64,000 nt of DNA from Octopus vulgaris. Taxonomy: Eukaryota. Where the stretch lies: the NCBI GenBank assembly GCA_951406725.2, contig OX597830.1, forward strand, positions 25,978,001 to 26,042,000, written 5' to 3'. The position numbers and the translations under genes are program-made. A model generated the notes under the pieces. It saw only the letters and a list, made by a program, of their open reading frames with translations, was not told the origin of the DNA and made no database searches. This document shows, one piece after another, positions 56,293-64,000 of the stretch (positions are counted from its first letter, which is position 1; each line of letters opens with the position of its first letter).

Positions 56293-56455
56293 AGGCGCAG
56301 GAGTGGCTGTGTCGTAAGTAGCTTCCTTATCAACCACATAGTCCTGAGTCAGACCCACTGTTTCGCACCTTAGGCAAGTGTCTTCTACTATTGCCTCGGG
56401 CCGACCAACGCTTTGTGAGTGGATTTGGTAGACGGAAACTGAAAGAAGTCCGTCG

Positions 56456-56502
<47 letters not shown>

Positions 56503-56506
56503 GTAT

Positions 56507-56557
<51 letters not shown>

Positions 56558-56579
56558 CGCGCGTGTGTATATACATATG

Positions 56580-56625
<46 letters not shown>

Positions 56626-56853
56626 CATGTGTGTATAAGTATGTATGTATATGTTTGTGTGTCTGTGTTTATTCCCCCATGATCGCTTGACAACCGATGG
56701 TGGTTTGTTTACGTTCACGTAACTTAGCTGTTCAGCAAAAGAGACCGATAGATTAAGTACTTGGCTTACAAAGAATACATCCTGGGGTCGACTTCTTCGA
56801 CTAAAGTCGGTGCTCCAGGATGGTCGCAGTCAAATGACTGAAGCAAATCAAAG
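56293..56853 (+). mobile_element. tRNA-derived SINE family A (full length, expanded internal microsatellite)
   Basis: Homologous to 23262-23636 including the tail ..ggtcgcagtcaaatgactgaa. Confidence 0.85.
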
Positions 56854-57214
56854 AACTTAAAATATGATAGAATATTTTTTAAACTTCGAATGGTTATGAA
56901 GGTCCCTCTGTGTAAAAACAGGAATCAAAAGGAGTCCATAGGTAAAAATAATAGTTAGAGAACCACCGAATTAGATGCTGTATCATGGAATTTGTCCAAG
57001 ATTGTATTCCAGTCTTAGACACATATATAAAGTTGTTATCTCACTGGTATAAACTACAGCCACTCTTCGGAACGAGGCTATGATTTTGTGCCAATCTGTC
57101 ACTTATTGTTTTAAGAGGTTTTGTTGGCGCGAGTAGATACAAATGTCTGCACAGTATTATCAACCTCAAACGAGCGGTATATCAAGACTGGGTCAACTGG
57201 AAAAAGTGAGAGCA

Positions 57215-57245
<31 letters not shown>

Positions 57246-57518
57246 GAGCAAGAGAGAGAGAGAACACATAGAGACTCAGCTGTAATCATTCCAGTTGAGT
57301 TTGTGAAGGGAATAGCTATAAGCAAAGGCACAAATCTTCGCACAGTCCAGGAAAGGAACCCACGACCTTGTGATTGTGAGTTCAGTACTCTAACAGCTAG
57401 GCCAGCAGTCTTCATACGCCGAAAAATACAGAATTGAAATAATTTGCTGTTGCTGCCCAAAGCAGCTTTGGTCGAGATTATATGATCAAAACGGTTCTGT
57501 GATGATCCCATCTTTCAT

Positions 57519-57572
<54 letters not shown>

Positions 57573-57615
57573 CCAATCAATCATTCAATCAATCAAGCAA
57601 GCAAGCAAGCAAGCA

Positions 57616-57727
<112 letters not shown>

Positions 57728-57815
57728 CTGTCTGTCTGTTAGTCTGTCTGCATATCTATCCCTCTGTCTGTATGTCTGTCTATCTGTCTGTCTGTCTGTC
57801 TGTTAGTGGGCTGTA

Positions 57816-57860
<45 letters not shown>

Positions 57861-57921
57861 CTATCTATCTATCTGTCTGTCTGTCTGTCTCTTTGACTGT
57901 CTGTCTGTATATCTATCTATC

Positions 57922-58630
57922 TTGTTTCACCCGCGGTGTCTCTTGTTTACTGGGGCTAAGCCATTCCTTACGCTGCTTCATATTGATGTACAGGCACCAT
58001 TTTTTGTCGCCAGTAACGATTCGGTAAAGAAATCGTTGCTTGTGTCCGTGAGTTGAGCGGTGACGTGCAAGCAAAACAGCGGAGATTGTGACTTGTTGTC
58101 TTTTGTTGTTGTCACTGAAAGCATGCGGAACCTATGCTCCATAGTTCTAAACTTTTCCTATCGAGTGAAGATGTTTCTCTATAGCAGTGTGGGAGCATTC
58201 CATTTTCTCTACCAGTTCCTTTGTCATTTGACAAGAATTTTCGTGCAAAAGTTGGTTTAATCGCTCTTCGTCGAACTCAACTGGACAGTGCGTCTTTGAG
58301 GTCAAAATTTCCTTTTTCGAACTTGGCATACCAATCAGGAGCGGTTCTTTTAGCTATGGCACCCTCTCCATACACAGCACAAATGTCGCGAGCGGCTTTT
58401 GCGGGCTTAGAACCTTAATTAAAAGCAAAAAGAAGGAGGTGTCGAAAATGCTCGCTTTTCTTAGCTTGACATTCCAATTTAATGACCTGAAAATGAATAA
58501 AAATTAACTAAAATTAACTAGAAAAAAGATGAAATAGATTACAAAATGATTCAAAAATAGAATTCTCGAAAAAATTTAAATACGTAATAAATTAAAAAAA
58601 AACGGCGGGAACTTAGTTGCCAACCCGATA
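57922..58630 (-). mobile_element. Mariner element 5' half (pseudogenised transposase)
   Basis: TIR tatcgggttggcaactaagttcccgccg; EHFRHLLLFAFN*G..AARDICAVYGEGAI..WYAKFEKGNFDLKD; FDEERLNQLL..TKELVEKMECSHTAIEKHLHSIGKV; [12 protein letters not shown] (first catalytic Asp motif). Confidence 0.88.
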
Positions 58631-59211
58631 CATAAGAACACAATTGGGTGGTGAAAATTCACATCAACTGTTTCAGTTGCATTAATTTATTGATGAATAG
58701 ATCGACTGCATCGATTACACAATAAAATAATCCGCTTTCACCAGGTGAGCTTAAAATTAGGTAGGAGCACCCAATTGACCAAATTGTGCTATATATATCG
58801 TAAAACAAATTTAGACACAAACGTAGTTATTTGTCAAGTAAGCGCTGATAGCGGAAATCCCGTCGAACCAGTTGCATGCGTAGCATATAGGTGCAACCAA
58901 TGAGCAATTAGTTAGCACCACACTTTGTTGACGGCCGCCACATAATATATATAAATGTGTGTGTATGTGTGTGTAATATATGTATGTATATATATATATA
59001 TATTATTATAATATATTATATTAAATTAGAGATAAAACCACCATTAGGCAAATCAAACAGTGAAAAACATAAGCCAATACATAAAATTAATTTAAAAATA
59101 TAAAAGTTAAAAATTAAAAAAATTATTTAAATAATTTAAACTTATAAATTTTATATATATATATACAAATATATATATATATATATACATATATACGTAT
59201 GTATATTTTTA

Positions 59212-59276
<65 letters not shown>

Positions 59277-60538
59277 ATGTATATATGAGCGCGTGTGTGT
59301 AGATATACATGCATGCAAACATGCCTACACACATATATACATGCGTACACACACACACATGAAATATATTGGTTAGTTTTTACCGATTCACTGATCTGAT
59401 TTAGCAAGATGTTAATTGAAGTGTAATCCAAAAGTCTAATTGAAGCCAAACAGATGTAGTTAATTTCACAAGTGAACGCCATTATCTCGTGAGGAGTTGC
59501 CCGGATGTTGTATCTTAATCAAGACGCGATGTCCAATAAAACAAAAATGAATGTCTAGAGATACAGAAAAAGCAAACAGACAGATTACTGGAAAGACGCG
59601 GAGTCTATTGATGATGTATATGTGCCAATGCATATGCATAAGGGACCCACAAAGAAGTGTTATAGACTTTAGACTGTCTTTTCTTTTGTACATCTGAGTA
59701 AATATGCTACACACGCACACATACACACATGTGTATATATACATACACATGCATACATATATATCTGCCTGAATGCATAAATATATATATATATGTGTGT
59801 ATGTATGTACGCTCTTATGTATCTATATAAGTTTAGTTTTTGGGTTTGTATCTAGCAAAATCGATGCTGACACACCTTGCTGTGTTAAATACATGTGCGC
59901 TCATGGCCGTATGGCTTAAAATATCGCTGTTTTTACATATTATTCCTGGTCCAGTGGCATTGTCTGACATTTTGGGCTTTTAGTTGAACAATGCTCCGGA
60001 CTCAGCATGTACGATACATTTTAACAGATTCACTATGCATTTTCTTGTGGAAGAATTCTGACCCCACCACCCAAATGCTCAAAGGTGGACTGGCACAGTG
60101 TTATAAAATGAAAAACTGTGAGCGACTGGACGTTCGAAATGGTAAGCAGTTCAATACGAGCCGTGATAGAGAGCAGTGAGTTTTGTGTAATATTAGTAGT
60201 AGTGCGTCGTGTAAATACTTTTCCTCCCCCACTGCTTCGTTATATTATATATCCAATACAAGGATGTAAAAATTTTGAAGAATTATTCATTACATTACCT
60301 CACAATAAACAAACTCGAAACATAACTAGACAAGAAAAATGTCCTTCGTTAACAAAATTACTATAATTAGGAATAGCGTATTACGTAACACGAATGCATA
60401 AACACATAAATACATACGCATAGTATAATATATATATATATACAAGCAACATACACTCACTAATATGTATGTGTGTATATATGTACGTATACGAGTAGAG
60501 GAAAAGATTTATGTATACGGATATACATGCATCGATGC

Positions 60539-60604
<66 letters not shown>

Positions 60605-60953
60605 ACACATATATATATATATAATATTTTTATTGAAGAATTACGTATTTATATATATATTTATATTTTCTTACAAGATAATATACGTATATTTATTTAT
60701 GTAATCATTTTATTGTTTTTATATTGGACCTGATGAATGATTATATTTAAATTGAATTGATTTTACTGTTTTCAGTTTGAAAATATAGCCACTAAACACG
60801 TGTAGTTTTTTTACCAATTATATATACTATTTATGTATTATTTTGTGCTTTACTTAATTATAGGTATATGTTTTATCGTATATTTAATTTTTATCTATAT
60901 GGTATGATTTAATTACATCATTGTTGAATTACTAGATGGTGGTTCTTCTCTAA

Positions 60954-60987
<34 letters not shown>

Positions 60988-61186
60988 AGTAGTTGAATGA
61001 ATTATCTTAGTATGGATAATTCGGTTAACCGATACCTGGGTAACAAATTCACGTCAGAAAAACACGGTTGAAGCTACATGCCAAGGGCAGAGATCACGTG
61101 CTTTCGTGTGGAAATTTGTGTGTGTTTTTTTTAATACAAATAAATGAAAGAATGGAGTTGAACGACGATTTAACAAAATTCCTTTA

Positions 61187-61269
61187 TTCTCGACATATGT
61201 TTCGAAGGCTGCATATTCCTAATTTCGAAGGAATAAGGGGTGCATTATGCCGCCTTCTCATCAGGAAAA
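61187..61269 (-). ncRNA. Type I hammerhead ribozyme with canonical core and GUC site, inside an inverted repeat
   Basis: Minus strand TTTTC CTGATGA GAAGGC...GCCTTC GAAA CATATG TC GAGAA. Near-perfect inverted arms at about 61141-61204 and 61310-61373. Confidence 0.82.
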
Positions 61270-61511
61270 AACAAGGAACTTATGTCAGCATCAAGATGAA
61301 CAAAAACTCTCGAAACATATGTCGAGAATAAAGAAATTTTGTTAAATCGTCGTTCAACTCCATTCTTTCATTTATATATATATATATATATATACAACAT
61401 GTGAGATACAGAAGTGAAAAGGAAGCCACTGGACGTTCATACTTACCTACCTACCTACCTACCTACCTACCTACCTACCTACCTACCTACCTACCTACCT
61501 ACATACATACA

Positions 61512-61544
<33 letters not shown>

Positions 61545-62081
61545 TGATATATATACATACTTGCACAGTATACATATACGTCTGTATAACGATTTGTCGT
61601 ATGTACAAATGTATATAGCAACGGATGTAAGCATACTCGATAAATCGAAATAACGTACTCTTCGTAAAAACAACCTTCACTCTATTTATTCTGCAGCTAC
61701 GTACAGACATTCTATTGCTATCGTTCCCATGAGAAATGCAGTGATTCAATAATAGGTTTGTTATAAACTCGTAACCAGCGACAGTTATTGCACAAATATA
61801 AAATAAAGGAAGTTATAAGATTACACATATAGATACACATTCATTCACATACATATGTACATGGAGGAACACACTCACGTTTTATGCCAGCATATATAAA
61901 CAAACATACCTATACACAGATACACACATATAAACACACACACACTTATATAAATGCAAAGATACATCCCTATTTGTCATGCATATATATACACATACAT
62001 ATATATGTATATGCACACGCACACACACACACATATATATAAAAATATATATTCAAGACAAAATCTGGGTGTGTCCTTGCA

Positions 62082-62136
<55 letters not shown>

Positions 62137-62199
62137 GGAGAAAGATAGCAACAATATATGGATATATCTTATATGTACAATTGTGGTGTGTGTGATGAA

Positions 62200-62262
<63 letters not shown>

Positions 62263-62299
62263 AGAAGCAACAAGAATGGATTGGTCTTTAGTACAATTG

Positions 62300-63372
<1,073 letters not shown>

Positions 63373-64000
63373 CACAAGAAGTTATTCATATATACGAAAA
63401 CCATACACATACACAAACACACATATGTTTATATGTATTTATTAATGTATGTATGTATGTATGTATGTATGTAACAATTGTATGTATCTGTATATGTATT
63501 TATTAATGAGTTTGTGTCTGTGTTCATATTTCACTGATTTCGATTCTGACTTTCTTCTTTCGAGACCAATGAAATAAACACCAATTCAACCCTGAGGTCA
63601 ATGCAATCGACTATGTCCCACCCACTAAATTGCCTATTATAGAAAATTACATTATAATAACATTTGATTGGCAGTTGCGGATCACTTGACTGAGAAACGT
63701 TGTGTTATCAATCAGTTCATTTATCTTTAATATCTAATATTTTACTTGTTTCAGCCATTAGGCTGCGACCATGCTGGGGTACAGTTTTGCAGTGTTTTAA
63801 CCGACAAAATCAACTTCAGTTCTTTTAAATCTGATATTCATTCTAACAATCTCGCCGAATCGCTATTTACGGGCCGTAAACAAACCAACACTAGTTATCA
63901 AGCGGTGGTGGGTACAATAGCATGCTGTGCTTGTTTCGGTTCTCTGCGCTTGGGTTCAAATCATGCCCGGGTGAAATTTGTCTTTCTTTTCTTCGGGGTC

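Overview
AT-rich, microsatellite-saturated eukaryotic genomic DNA. The SINE repertoire suggests an octopus/cephalopod genome (inference). Only one confident host coding exon was found: a 211-nt GT-AG internal exon at 43763-43973 (+) encoding the linker and start of the C2A domain of a synaptotagmin (SYT15-like), so most of the window is probably intronic. The rest is nested mobile DNA: three tRNA-derived SINE families, several mariner relics/MITEs, two non-autonomous Helitrons, R4/Dong, RTE, Tx1/L1 and CR1-type LINE fragments, and four Penelope-like (GIY-YIG) retroelement fragments. Reading both strands reveals six near-intact minimal type I hammerhead ribozymes plus degenerate or variant ones. 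It also reveals a recurrent non-hammerhead structured motif (four divergent copies with covarying stems) sitting where Penelope pseudo-LTR ribozymes normally sit, which is the best candidate for an undescribed RNA element. Several minus-strand exon-like pieces with splice sites and scattered stops may be a decayed nested gene. Nearly all ORFs in the supplied track are microsatellite translations, and 62.3-63.4 kb looks like an assembly artefact.
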